Assembly (NCBI RefSeq): GCF_006345805.1
Contig: NC_042998.1
Location: 205,096,001 to 205,160,000 of the forward strand
Direction: 5' to 3'
Source of the DNA: Octopus sinensis
Lineage: Eukaryota
Length of the DNA stretch: 64,000 nucleotides
The position numbers were made by a program, and so were the translations under genes. Under the pieces are notes generated by a model. That model was not told where the DNA came from. It saw only the letters and a list, made by a program, of their open reading frames with translations, and ran no database searches. Below, piece after piece: positions 24,441-37,619 of this stretch (its first letter is position 1; each line of letters opens with the position of its first letter).

Positions 24441-25329
24441 GTGAAATCCTGCTGTTACACAAACAATTTTAAATTATATTGAAATAGAAGACATTTGACT
24501 GTTTCACTCGACCCTCCAAACTCTTCTGCACAGACATAATGTCTCCTTCCTCTTCCTTCTCAATTGCTACTACAATGGCCTCTATCCATTGAACCTGATT
24601 GGTTCATACTACCATTACTCATACCCCCTGGTCCCTTCCTTCCTCAGGCACCCCTCCCACTGGAATTCTCTCAACCTAAAAGGGTCAGTGAATGTCTTAG
24701 ACAAAGATCCTTCCTCCAATAATCCCAGTGATCCTGTGAGGACCTACTGAAGATGTAGCCATGTCACCCGACCCTACATCAAACCGTTAAAGATCTGTCC
24801 TGTACATCGTGGCTCTGCTACAACAGCAGCAACAAACACATGCAAGTAGACAGGATTTTTATATAGTCACTTGATGTGCTAGTAATAGTAGCTATATCTC
24901 CTGCAATTCTCATGCTACCACCTTTGAATAAGAATGGGAAGGTATGTTGTATAACTGAGGACTTGTTATATTATGTCTGAAGACTAAGGCAGGATGGTCA
25001 AGAATGGAATGTCAGCCAGATCAAACAGGTGATCTGGAGTTAAGTACAAACGAGATACCTTCTTCTCTTCCCCCCCCCCACTTCATTCCTTCATGTTTAA
25101 TATTGTTTTCTTATTTATCAATATTGATTCAAAGATCAACTTGACCTTTCACCCTTCTCTGGCCAATAATCTCCACCCCCTCCTCCTCCAAATTATGCCT
25201 ATGTTAGAAATCCTTGCCATTCATTCTTCCGCAGTCTTCTTCTTCTGTTATTGGGGAAACCAATGATGTGATAAATGGGGTCGTGGGGTGAGGTCCTCCC
25301 TCCACTTGAAATCTCAACCTTCAGCTGCC

Positions 25330-25920
25330 ATTATCCTGTTTGTAGCAGGAATGCATTTGAGCTACAAGTGTGGTTGGTTGATTATAGAGCAGACTTTCTC
25401 TCATACAGGCATGGGGATAGTATCTCCTCTCTTGAGCTTGGGACGTTGGTTGTAGTTAGGCTGTTTGAGTTGCACAAAAGCTGCATCTGGAACTACATAT
25501 ATTGTAGGCTCTTGCTTGTGCTTTGGTACTCCACCTGTCGGTAGAGTTGTTGATGCCACTGTCTTTCAGATACCAGTTGTACTTTGAGAGTACTGTAGAG
25601 TTCCTTATGCTTCTGTGTGCAGACCTTAAATTCAGTGTCTCTGAGACTGACATACATTTTGGTTGTATCCTTGCTATTGTATACTTCAGCTTCATAAATG
25701 AGTTCTTTGGAGAGGCATTTATTTTCAAGCAGACATTGTGACCTGTCTCTGAAATCACACACTCATGGGGCCGGCTTTAAATCGTTGGTGTATGCAGCTG
25801 TTTCATTGTTCAATATCTGGAATCCAATATTATCAAAGCAGCTGACCGTAACCATAGTCATATTGAACAGTTTATTGTATCTGTGTGGTCTAAGCTCTCT
25901 TATTTGAAAGAAATCATCCA
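25330..25920 (-). mobile_element. Penelope-like element fragment, GIY-YIG endonuclease
   Basis: C.FRDRSQCLLENKCLSKELIYEAEVYNSKDTTKMYVS..TEFK and LSKYNWYLKDSGI...RAYNICSSRCS in shifted frames, the typical PLE GIY-YIG domain with flanking Cys motifs. Confidence 0.85.
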
Positions 25921-26077
25921 GTAAAATTGATGCAGATGTTTATACTGCTGAGGACGGAGGGGGGGAGGGGTTCAAACCACATCCTGTTCCTGATTATCTC
26001 TCCATTGTTCTCTTCCTTCCTTTTCCCCTCCTTTTCTTTCCTCCCTTTTACACCCTACAATAGAATTATATTATTAT

Positions 26078-26293
26078 TATTAAAAATGGGGAAGGCCAGT
26101 TTATGGGATTACCTTAGGTTTCCCGTCCTTAAAGGGTTTAGCTTTATGACGTATTGTCAGATCCCCAAAACACTATTTTTAAGAGATCTTGGGCCAACAG
26201 GTTCTGAGATCTGATGATATGCCATAAAACTAAACCCTTTATGGACAAGAAACCTAAGGTAATCCCATAAACCAGCTTTCCCCATTGTTAATA
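26078..26293. repeat. Foldback inverted repeat / MITE-like, arms about 77 bp
   Basis: TATTAAAAATGGGGAAGGCCAGTTTATGGGATTACCTTAGGTTTC... matches the reverse complement of ...GAAACCTAAGGTAATCCCATAAACCAGCTTTCCCCATTGTTAATA. Confidence 0.9.
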
Positions 26294-26344
26294 TATACTG
26301 AGTGTGCTTCTTCTTTTGGATTTATATTTTTTACATCGAAACAA

Positions 26345-26704
26345 ATATCAATGGAAATAGTAGTTGTGATACCTGTGCCGGTGGCACATAAAAAGCACCA
26401 TCCGAACGTGGCCGTTGCCAGCGCCGCCTTGACTGGCTTCTGTGCCGGTGGCACATAAAAAGCACCATCTGAACGTGGCCGTTGCCAGCGCCGCCTCTAC
26501 TGGTGACCGTTGCCAGCCGCTGGTGGCACGTAAAAAGCACCCACTACACTCGTGGAGTGGTTAGCGTTAGGAAGGGCATCCAGCTGTAGAAACACTGCCA
26601 GATCAGACTGGAGCCTGGTGCAGCCCCTGGCTTCCCAGACCCTGGTCGAACCGTCCAACCCGTACTAGCGCAGAAAACGGACATTAAACGTTGATGATGA
26701 TGAT
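26345..26704 (+). mobile_element. RTE 3' end with VNTR units
   Basis: Three GGTGGCACRTAAAAAGCACC units, then GGAAGGGCATCC and a (GAT)n tail. Confidence 0.85.
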
Positions 26705-26807
26705 ATATATATATAAGTAAAACCTCCAACAAAAATCTCCAGTCTTAGCTTCCTTGATGACCCTGTGCACTTATTAGTGAAGCTCCAGAGTAACAAGGAA
26801 CTGACTT

Positions 26808-27207
26808 CGGCGTAGGAGTGGCTGTGTTGTAAGTAGTTTGCTTATGAACCACATGGTTCCGGGTTCAGTCCCACTGCGTGGAACCTTGGGCAAGTGTCTT
26901 CTACTATAGCCTTGGACCGACCAAAGCCTTGTGAGTGGATTTGGTAGACAGAAACTGAAAAAAGTCCGTCTCGTATATTTTGTGTGTATATATATATATA
27001 TATGTTTGTGTGTCTGTGTTTGTCTCCCCAACATCGCTTGACAACCGATGCTGGTGTGTTTACATCCCGGTAACTTAGCAGTTCAGCAAAAGAGACCGAT
27101 AGAATAGGTACTAGGCTTACAAAGAATAAGTCCTGGGGTCGATTTGCTCAACTAAATGCAGTGCTCCAGCATGGCCACAGTCAAATGACTGAAACAAGTG
27201 AAAGAGT
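26808..27207 (+). mobile_element. tRNA-derived SINE, family A, full length
   Basis: Complete consensus-like copy. Confidence 0.9.
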
Positions 27208-27585
27208 ATGGTATTGAGTACCGTTTCTTCTAACAGTGAATGCTATATATCTCATAGGGGTCTGCCCTTGGCCTCTCCACCACTCTCTATATATGACCTG
27301 AGAGGGCCCATACCCACCCTTGCCATCGTTAAGTGGATTACTGGAACTTCAGCTGTTGTGACTAGACTTGAAATGCAGGCTGGGGTGGCTTCCTCTTGCC
27401 TTTTCCAGGCAGCTGGGATTTGAACTCAGAATGTAGAGCTGGAAGATACACTGTAAAGCATTTCTGCTGATGCTTCAATGCTTCTGCTCCTATTACCCTT
27501 GTAGAGCAATGTGAAAAAACGTAACCTGCTCAATAGCGTAACATGTCACCCCATCTGGGTGAATGCATGTGAATGCCACATGCAT

Positions 27586-27629
<44 letters not shown>

Positions 27630-28293
27630 AAAAGCACTGTCCGAATGTGGCAGATGCCAGCGCCGCCTGATGGCGTCCGTGTTGGTGACATGTAAAAGCA
27701 CCAACTGATCGTGGCCATCTGCCAGCCTCCTCTGGCCCCAATGCTGATGGCATGTAAAAAGCACCAACTACACTCTCGGAGTGGTTGGCGTTAGGAAGGG
27801 CATCCAGCTGTAGAAACAACTGGTACTTAAGGATGAAAGACAAAGTGGATCACAGCAGAATTTGAACTGGTGCAGCCTCCTGGCTTCCCAGACCCCGGTC
27901 GAACCGTCCAACCCATGCCAGCATGGAAAACGGACGTTAAACGATGATGGTGATGATGATATATATATTTCACTGTATCAAGCAGACCATCAGATGCTGT
28001 TATACACCACTGATCACAATGCTCTTCTAATTCTGTCTTGATTGCAGCATTCTTATCCATCTTGACCAAAACCACTTAACTAGATCACCTTGCCATTGTT
28101 ATGGCAGCCTTCCAAGTGGCCCTTTTCTGATCCCTTGGATACCACTTGCCACCTGCATGGGTCCACCTGTTGTCTGTGAACCTTGTGACATGCCTGGCCC
28201 AGTGGAACTTGTGCTTTCAGTATTCTATGATCATATTATTCCCTCTGCTCCATTCTCAGATTATCTCATTTTGAATCTGCTCTCATAATGATA

Positions 28294-28710
28294 TATTTCT
28301 TTACTGCCCACAAGGGGCTAAACACAGAAGGGACAAACAAGGACAGACAAAGGGATTAAGTCGATTACATCGACCCCAGTGCGAAACTGGTACTTTATTT
28401 ATCAACCCCGAAAAGATGAAAGGCAAAGTCGACCTCGGCGGAATTTGAACTCAGAACATAACGACAGACGAAATACCTATTTCTTTACTACCCACAAGGA
28501 GTTAAACACAGAGGGGAAAAACAAGGACAGACAAAGGGATTAAGTCAATTACATCGACCCCTGTGCGAAACTGGTACTTTATTTATCGACCCCGAAAGGA
28601 TGAAAGGCAAAGTCGACCTCGGCAGAATTTGAGCTCAGAACGTAGCAGCAGACAAAATACCGCTAAGCATTTCGCCCGGCGTGCTAACGTGTCTGCCAGC
28701 TTGCCACCTT
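28294..28710 (-). mobile_element. Tandem dimer of SINE family B
   Basis: The family B body occurs twice head to tail (junction near 28478); only one copy keeps the tRNA head. Confidence 0.85.
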
Positions 28711-29254
28711 GTCTCTCATAAGGATATTTCTTGCATGACCCCACATGTGCATACACACACACACACAGTGGTCCTCTTTCAGTTTCTTTCTACCAAATCC
28801 ACTAATAAGACATTGGTTATTCCAGGCCTGCAAAATAAACTTCTTAACCATTCAGCCATCCTTTTTACACACACACACTTTCCCCTCCCCTCATATTGGT
28901 TCCCAATTGTTTTTTATTTTTATTTACATAAACCCGTTGTTGTTTCAGTCAATCAATATTGACCCAGTATTTCCCAGAGATTATTGATTGCTCCTGGGGT
29001 GGGTTCTTTGTTTTTTTTTGTCCAATTTTCACTGAACAGCAATGTGGTTAGCATAATCAGCCACAACTGCTGCCCTACCACCACCACCGCCACTACCACC
29101 AATACTATAACTAGTAGCAGTAGTAGCAGCAGCAGCAGCAGTGGATTGTGTAGTTTTGGAAATAAAATCTCCTGTTGCGACTGCTGAAAATCCTATAGAA
29201 TTGCAGACCGTTGTTCCATATTCTTGTAAACAAGAAACAAAGATAGGAAAAACA

Positions 29255-29430
29255 AATTAACGAATATCCCCCCCGCCCCACCCCGCCCCAACCCGCCGTT
29301 TTCTCTGAGAAACAACATACATTAACGACTCGGCAAAGTTCGTTAATGCAATACTGCAACAATGCAATGCACGTGCATCGAGCGCAATGATGTAATAACT
29401 GACGGATTGCAGCGTTTCCGCAATCTGTTT
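29255..29430. promoter_or_regulatory. CpG-rich repeat-free island with GC boxes and E-box (candidate promoter/enhancer)
   Basis: 14 CpG in about 160 bp; CCCCGCCCC at 29271 and 29281; ATGCACGTGCAT palindrome at 29367-29378. Confidence 0.4.
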
Positions 29431-29619
29431 TTTTATTTTTTTTTTTATCAAAGTTGCATCTTCAGGAAGAACTCCTGTCAGAAACTGGGAACTAAGGGAC
29501 AGACAGACAGACAGACACGGGACTGTTTCTCTCCAAACCTGCCCTGAAGCTATCACTGGACAGACTTATGTAATAATAATAATAATGAAATTATTATACA
29601 GTGATATATATATATATAT

Positions 29620-30016
29620 ACTCTTTTACTTGTTTCAGTCATTTGACTGCGGCCATGCTGGAGCACCGCCTTTAGTTGAGCAAATCGACCCCGGGACTTA
29701 TTCTTTGTAAGCCCAGTACTTATTCTATCGGTCTCTTCTGCCGAACCGCTAAGTGACGGGGATGTAAACACACCAGCATCGGTTGTCAAGCAATGCTAGG
29801 GGGACAAACACACACACAAATATATACACACACACTTATATATATATACATATATACGACAGGCTTCTTTCAGCTTCCGTCTACCAAATCCACTCACAAG
29901 GCATTGGTCGGCCCTGGGCTATAGCAGAAGACACTTGCCCAAGATGCCACGCAGTGGGACTGAACCCGGAACCATGTGGTTGGTTAGCAAGCTACTTACC
30001 ACACAGCCACTCCTAT
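29620..30016 (-). mobile_element. tRNA-derived SINE, family A, full length
   Basis: Complete copy in reverse orientation. Confidence 0.9.
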
Positions 30017-30469
30017 ACAGTGATATATTAATTATTGTATACAGTGATATATTATGATGCTGGGCATATCAGGTGTGCGTGATGATGATGATGATGATAT
30101 ACACAGTCAGTTGTTGGAAGACAGATTAGCTATGTGTTGTTCCCTGCAACTATATCATCACTGTGACATTAAAACACACACACACACACACACTTCAAAC
30201 TGCCAGGAAAATCCTTCTTCTTTTAGAGAAGAATAAGAAGATTATTAAAATAGTTTTGTGCATTTTGGATTTGTCAGAAAAATAGAGGATGCGGTTCTGA
30301 CTCAGATTTTCATCTGGGGAGCAAATGGATGGGTCTCCAGCAGTCTGCATTTTATCTGGTTCCATTCATAAAATATTGGTTGATCCTAGGTAAAAGTACT
30401 CTACCAAGAGATTGAACACAGAACCTTGTGGTTAGGAACTGAATTTCTTAACTCCATACCCATGACTAC

Positions 30470-30720
30470 TATAATAATAATAATAATAAAATTATTGTAT
30501 GCAGTGCTCAGGTGCACCACAACTTATCAAAAGTGTGTATAAAGCATATGCAGTAATGTACAAATGTCTGGGAAGCGAACAGTGTATGAGTCAGATACAT
30601 GCTTACGTGTGTATGGAGGGGAGAAAATCAGGTGTAGTGTTGGCGAATCTCAGGAAGCATGGAAGTTTTGAAGGATGCAGTGCTCCAACAACTAACAACT
30701 GATGCTAGCAGTTTGTTCCA
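30470..30720 (-). mobile_element. CR1-type LINE 3' end
   Basis: Reverse complement of the 38.9-39.1 kb CR1 3' end, with an (AAT)n tail on the + strand. Confidence 0.8.
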
Positions 30721-31084
30721 TGCTTCAGCAGAGGTATTGTTTTCAGTCGTGTTTGTTTGTTTGTTTGTGGACAAGATATCTCAAGAACCACTGGATGGAT
30801 TCGGATGAAACTTTCAGGGATATTTAGCCTCATGACAGCACGAACTGATTAGATTTTGGGATCAATCCAGTACCAGACAAGGATTCTGGATTATTTTCCA
30901 GTTATTTTACTTAATTTTTGAGAGTGGTCGGGTTCATTCTTAGTATTCTCGTTTGTGAGAACAGTCGAGTTTATTTCAGATATTCTCATTTTAAAAATCA
31001 TCTCTGGCTAATCATTGAGAGGACATTGGTGTTGCCTTGGTGGAGGTTTGTACTCTCTGAGTGCTCTTATTATTATTATTATTA

Positions 31085-31118
<34 letters not shown>

Positions 31119-31524
31119 GGCAGCAAGCTGACAGAATCGTTAGCTAGATGAAATGCTTAGCGGTATTTCACCCATCGCTATGTTCTGAGTTCAAATTCTG
31201 CTGTGATCCACTTTGCCTTTCATCCTTAAGTACCAGTTGTTTACTGAGGTCAATATAATCGACTGGCCCCCTCCTGCAAAATTTCAGGCCTTGTGCCTAT
31301 AGTAGAAAGGATTATTATTATTATTTACAAATATTATTATTCATATTAAAGTTTTTGTTATTGTTGTTTTCATTTTCATTACTAATTTTGTTATCATCAT
31401 CATCCTTACCATATTATTATATTATTATTATTATTATTGAGCTGGCAGAAACGTTAGCACACCAGGCAAAATCTTAGGGGTATTTTGTCTTTACGTTCTG
31501 ATGATGATGATGATGATTATTATC

Positions 31525-31574
<50 letters not shown>

Positions 31575-31877
31575 CCCCATGCCATACCCTTTCAGCATGC
31601 CATATCCTATTTTGTTTCAACTTTCCAAGCAAAATATATTTTTATTTTTCTTAATTAAAATATGTTTTAGCTCCATTTTGTAATTGTTCCTCAGGTCCTA
31701 ATTAGAAAGAAAGAAAAAAAAAGAAAGAAAGAGAAATAACCATTGCTGAGATGCAAATAGATCAGCTTCGTTTGGAGATGAAGTAAAAGTTAATTACAAC
31801 CCAAATTGATATTGTAAATGGAATTTTAGTGTTGATGGAAAAATGGAGTTTGAGGGAAATGGCTTGAAATGGAATCG

Positions 31878-32240
31878 TTTTCATCATCACCATCATCATC
31901 ATCATCACTACCATCACATCGTTGTCATCATCATCATCGTCATTATTAATACTGTTATCACCACCACTGCAACATCCTCATCATCTCAGTTCTTCTTCTT
32001 CTTCTTTTTCTTCCTCTTCTTCTTCTTCTTCTTCTCCTCCTCCTCCTCTCCTCCTTCTTCTCTACTGTTATCACCATCACTGCAACATCCTCATCATCTC
32101 AGTTCTTCCTCTTCTTCTTTTTCTTCCTCTTCTTCTTTTTTTTCCTCTTCTTCTTCTTCTTCTCCTCCTCCTCCTCTCCTCCTTCTTCTCCTCCTCCTCA
32201 TCGGCTTTCTTCTCCTCCTCCCCCTCCTCCTTCTTCTCTA
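31878..32240. repeat. Compound (CAT)n/(CTT)n/(CCT)n low-complexity tract with an internal duplication
   Basis: CACCA(C/T)CACTGCAACATCCTCATCATCTCAGTTCTTC occurs twice about 110 bp apart. Confidence 0.9.
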
Positions 32241-32917
32241 ACACAGATAAGCACACACACACACACACACTTTACTGTCATCACAAACAGTTTTATACTT
32301 GGCTATATTTGTGCTATAAAACCCTAAACAAAAGACAAAACCCTGCTTACATTCCCTTAACATCGTTCGGACTTTAAAGTTCCCTGCAATACTTTGGCAT
32401 CAGGCTTTCAAGATAAACAACAACAAAAAAAGATAGAGTAACAAGTTGCAAAAGATGGCAATCAGAAAAGACAGAATCTTGGAACTGCTTTCAGGAATAT
32501 TCCACATATATGAAGGAAATTATAAGGGAAACCAAAGCTGGAAAGAAAATTAGAATTGAAATTTGGAAAGAATAAGTTTGGGGTGAAAATTCAAATTTAG
32601 AGGGGGTGAAACAGAGGGTTCGGGTGCTGTGTTTGGGTGGGGTAAGTTTGGGTTAATTTGGGCTGAGTGCAGTTAACTGGATTTAAGTGAGATTAGCTGG
32701 AGTTATCTTGGATTAGTTGAGATTAGTTTGAGTTAATTTGGATTAGTTTAAGGTTAACAAGGGTTAATTGTTCACCCAGCTATAGAAGGAATTGGCTGTG
32801 TGTCCTCTACGAATGTTTCTTTGATATAACTGGTATCTCTTCCTTCCATTTATAGTTTATTGCCATCTCACTGATGTTTAATATTGTACGTGTGAATGCA
32901 TATGGCTTAGGGGTTAG

Positions 32918-35602
32918 TTGGGCTCACAAAAAACCAATGATTCCCCAAACCAAGTTTAAGTATAAGTAATTCTCAAAAACCGTTTTTCGCAGATTTAGAG
33001 CCGTGGTGTCCCTGTAATGAAGAAGTTTGTCATATATTGTATTTTCTTTATAAACATACACAAAGAAAGAGAGAAAGTAACAGGTTGACTGATATCCACA
33101 AATATGTTGATGGTGCCTGTATCTGTATTTATGTGCAAACAATAACAAAAAATAATGGTATTATATTTATTTAATCAGAAATGCAACGTTTTTCCAAGTC
33201 GTATTTTTGAGAATCAATCAAGTTTCTTCACTTGCTTGATCATTCACTTTCCTTCGAAAATAATCTTTTAAAAAACACAACGCATTCAGTGTTTTACCCG
33301 ATAAACTTGTCCTAATTTTCGTGTTGAAAAGTCCAGTAATTGAAAAAGCTCTTTCCGACAGGACACTTGTTGCTTTAGTTATAAGCAATGCTCTATAAAG
33401 TTTCTCGAGCTTTTCACTTCCGTCCAAAGTTGCTTCAAAATATTCAAATTCTTTAGAGATTTCAAATCCATCTGATACCATCTTGGGCTCTTCATTCATT
33501 TTCTTCCTTGTGTTTGTGTATTCACGAATGAGTCCATTACCTTTGTAAGTAGATGGGACAACAGTAACACTTGTTTTTATATTCCCTCCTATTTCATTTT
33601 CTTTCTATAATTCTGTTGTGTTCTCAGCATCATGTTCAGGAAATAATCTCCTAATATGTTTGTTCAGCATACTTCCTTAAATGTTGTTTTGTTAAAAATA
33701 GAAAAGGTCCAGAAATTGATTCACCTTTAAACTTCCTTGGGTTATGTAAATACCTCAAGAGAATCAAGCTTTCGACATTTCTTCTCTTATTATATTTATG
33801 CATAAGTCTTTCACGAAGATTTAGAGCCGACGATATTAAGTTTATTCAATAAAAATTCTATAGAATATTCCGCTTTCAGTAAATCCGTATCATCAGTGCA
33901 AATAGCCTTCAAAATGATTTTTACTGGATGCAGAATTTCATATAGTAAATCGAGAGATTTCCATTCTTCGTCAGCTATGGCATCTGTGGAAAGTACTGAT
34001 TGTAGAGCAATTGGAATGCAGGTTTTCAATTTCAAAAATCTCTCAGTCATATGGAATGTGCTAATCCAGTATAAGTTTATATTCTCTGTTATCAAAGTTC
34101 GCTCATACGAAATCTTGCAAAATTTCATTTTTTTAGGAGATTTATGGAAACGTTTTGAAATTTTTCTTACCTTATTTAAAACTTTGTTAAATTCAGGTTT
34201 TAGCTGGAGAAAAACAAGCATTTTCGTGAGCCAAATCTGTTTGAAAAAGTATGTCGTGTTGGCTTATGTCAGCTTCATCATCACTATCGTCTGTTATAGC
34301 GATCCCTTCACTTTTTTTATAAGTCTCATCGGTTGAGGCAATATTTTCAATAGTTTTTTGATAGAGAATGTCGATCACAGACAGATGTATGCAATGTGTG
34401 AGACATTGTTGGTGATCAGGTTTTATTTCTTTTCCGAATTTCACCATCATAGAAGCACCATCCATCGTACAGCCAACAATGTGTATATCGAAATCCAATC
34501 CAAATTCACGAGGATGTCCTCTCACAAATTGCTCTCTTCTCCTGCTATTAAGGGAGCCATGGATCTCAATAAAACCCAAGGACCAACAATTCTCTTTCCC
34601 ATGGACATTTATGTTCATATATTGTTTATTTTGAATTGATGTTTATTTTGAATCCAATGTCAATGAGTAGCAAATCCCCAGCACTTCTTCTTTTTCAAAA
34701 TAATAAGTTCTTCTTTCTTGGTTATGTAATAATTATTTTTCCATATTCCTGACTCCGTTTGCAGTTGTTGGTTGTAATTTATCATATTTGCCTCTCTGAC
34801 TATGAAGATTTCTCTGAATAAAATCGCATTTGGCGATTGAATTGAAAGAGAATCAATCCATAGCAGCTAACTTCGAAACTTCTTCCATTGATTTCTTTGT
34901 TAAAAAGTGTTCCATAGTTGTTGTCATTTTCGCAGGAGGCTGGTTTGCATCTTGAATTATGTCTATTTGATGGATTTTCTTCAAGTGCAAGATCAGAGAC
35001 GAAGTAGATCCTCCAGAAGACTTCATGATCTTATCACACGTATTGCATTGAGCTTCATCTTTGTTTTTCCAATCGAAAGAATTCCAAACAGTTGATTTTC
35101 TTTTTCTCATGCTAGGACTAATGAAAATAATTAAGAAAAAATTTAGTTAATGTTACTTCCTTAAAATGAATTGGGAACTGGTTATTACATATGCTCAACA
35201 GGTAAGATCACCTGACTGAAGACTAACAGCATCCCCTTGACTTGCTATGAATAAACTCAGTTACCTGCAAATTCAAAGAGTCAGCCAGGGGTTAGCGAAG
35301 GAGATGACAAGGTGCTGATCTAAGGTTCAAGGAGAGAGAAGGTGAGAATTGATATGTTGGGATGTGTTTCAATGAAACAGACAGCACTCTCAGCTAAAGG
35401 CGACCGACGACAGTTCCACAGTTTCGTTAGTCCAGTTTCAATGATATTTCTTCAAAAGAAAAAAAATGGAGAAATGTTTTGCGAAAAATATAAAATAGAA
35501 ACAGCAATCATTAAAATCGGTTTTGGCAAATCCGTTTCGTTTTTACTGATCATAATATAAAACCGGTTTTAACTGGTTTTATAAAACCGGTTTCGAGGCC
35601 TA
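32918..35602 (-). mobile_element. hAT-superfamily DNA transposon with both ends, about 2.7 kb
   Basis: Degenerate TIRs (TAGGCCTCGAAA vs TTGGGCTCACAA), 8-bp TSD GGGGTTAG (32910-32917) / GTGATTAG (35603-35610), subterminal AAAACCGGTTT repeats, and a transposase pseudogene inside. Confidence 0.88.
33218..35110 (-). pseudogene. hAT transposase (BED finger, DDE/RNase H-like core, C-terminal dimerisation domain), disrupted
   Basis: BED: VWNSF..AQCNTCDKIMKSSGGSTSSLILHLKKIH. Core: CTMDGAS, CxxH (QCLTHCIH). C-terminus: TSVLSERAFSITG..RTSLS..TLNALCFLK. Split over at least four frames. Confidence 0.92.
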
Positions 35603-35860
35603 GTGATTAGGGTATGTATTTCATGATCATAAGGTTGTGTGTTCAATACCCAGTGGCACATGTCCCTGAGCAAGACACTTTATTTCACATTGCTGCAGTT
35701 CACTCAGCTGGCAAAATGAATTGTACCAGTAATTGAAAGGGGCCAGCCTTGTCACACTCTCTGCCATGCTGAATCTCTCTGTAAACTATGTTAAGGGTAT
35801 GCGTGTCTGTGGAGCGCTCAACCACTTGCATATTAACTTCACGAGCAGGCTGTTCCATTG
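35603..35860 (+). mobile_element. Body of a family D-like SINE split by the hAT insertion (head at 32891-32917)
   Basis: Joining TGTGAATGCATATGGCTTA to GTGATTAGGGTATG rebuilds a tRNA-like head. The 3' part matches 4130-4260. Confidence 0.8.
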
Positions 35861-36009
35861 TGGTCAACAGAGTTTGTGACTCTCGGAAGCAGTGAGACTT
35901 TTAGGGGACATAAAATACTTAAGCCTCCTAGGGGCTGGGAAGACACTATTACAGGACATAACAACAGTTATATGATGCTCGAATCATCTTTTTATTTCAC
36001 TTGCGTGCG

Positions 36010-36040
<31 letters not shown>

Positions 36041-37619
36041 TGCGTGTGTTTACTCAGTTTCTTTGATAACCTACCTCCATGACCCCCACCTCCTACACAC
36101 AACACACATATTTTAGATATTGTTGGTGGAGGAGAGGAGGAAGAGGAGGAGGAACCAGATGAAACGTTTAACAGGGAGGAAGACATCTTGTTTTAGTCCC
36201 CCCCCTCTTTGCTTTTTGTTTCTGATTTTGTTTTTCATGTTGCTGTTGGTGCTACTGTTTTGTTGTATTCCATCTTCTTTCTCTGTCAATCATCATCAGT
36301 TGTGAGGTCATGTATGGAGATAACCATCATTTTAAGTATGTCTCGAGAATCTCCTGTTGTTTGTTATATGGGGCTGTGAGAGAGAGAGAGAGAGAGGAAG
36401 AGAGAAAGAAAGGAAGGAAGAAAGAGTGAGTGTGTTTTTCTAAAGGAAGGAGCTTCCATAAGTGTCTACACACACACACAAACATCTGTAGACTCTGTGA
36501 AGAATCTGTATCTAGCTGTGCTGATCCCCAGATGAAACATCTTGCAAGTTTGTGTGTGTGAGACTATAGGTGCACACAGGAACCTGTAGCTGTATGTATT
36601 GCCTTCTATATATATAGAATGAAAGATAGAAAGTCTGGGGGAGAGAGAGAGAGAAACATTCTGTATTTGAAGGAAAGTGAAGAAGACAAAGTGTTTGTGT
36701 TTGGCTTGCCTATCTTTTACCCCCAGGTTGCAGTGAAAAGTGGGGGAGGTGTAGCTACCAAAAGTACTTGCTACTTTACCAAGAAAAAATATTGTTTCAG
36801 AGGGATTCTATCCCATTAATTCGCTGGTTCCAACCATTCCTAGTTTCCTACAGTTTTACTGTCTCACTTGTCTGACGCATCAAAGATGTGATGGCTGCTT
36901 TTTCTTGAATATTTTCACTGAGGATAATGGATTCAAGGAGATTCCATCTGAGAGAGATTAATTTTAACATGAAGTCTTCTGTAAGAGAGAGCTCACAACT
37001 GTTTACCTGCCTCTGTGTGTGTGTGTGTGTGTGTGTGTTGAACATTAGTAGAACTCGATATGTTTAGCAGATGTACTTCATCCACAACATCCTGGTGACA
37101 TTTAAATCATAGATGAAAAGAAATTGTGATTGGTTAAGGATCAGTCTTCATCTGTGCCAACGATGCAAAGAAATATTCTTCAGCAATACTCCTCAGGCAG
37201 CAAACAGACAGAGTCGGTAGAAAGCAAAAAAGCGCTTTGTGGCATTTCATTCATCTTTACGTTCTGTGTTTCCATCAAGGTTGACTTTACCTTCATCTTT
37301 TAGGAGTCGATAAAATATGTACCAGTTGTACACTGGGGTTAATATAATCATCTTACTCCCTCCCCTGAAATTGCTGGCCTTGTGCCAACATTTGAAACCA
37401 ATATTAAGTAACACTAAATGTTTCAACAGAACAAGAAAATGTTTGTAATCAACATTTTTGGTTGCCATGGCTGGAGAGCCTTAGGTTAGTTTGTCTTGTA
37501 TTCATGGTTTGAGGAGAAGTCATCAGCCTCACTCTTCGACTTTGTGTGAGTTTGTTGCACATTAGGTACATTCCACAAGTTTTCAGACATTTATGAAATT
37601 CTCCAAAATCCTAAATCCT

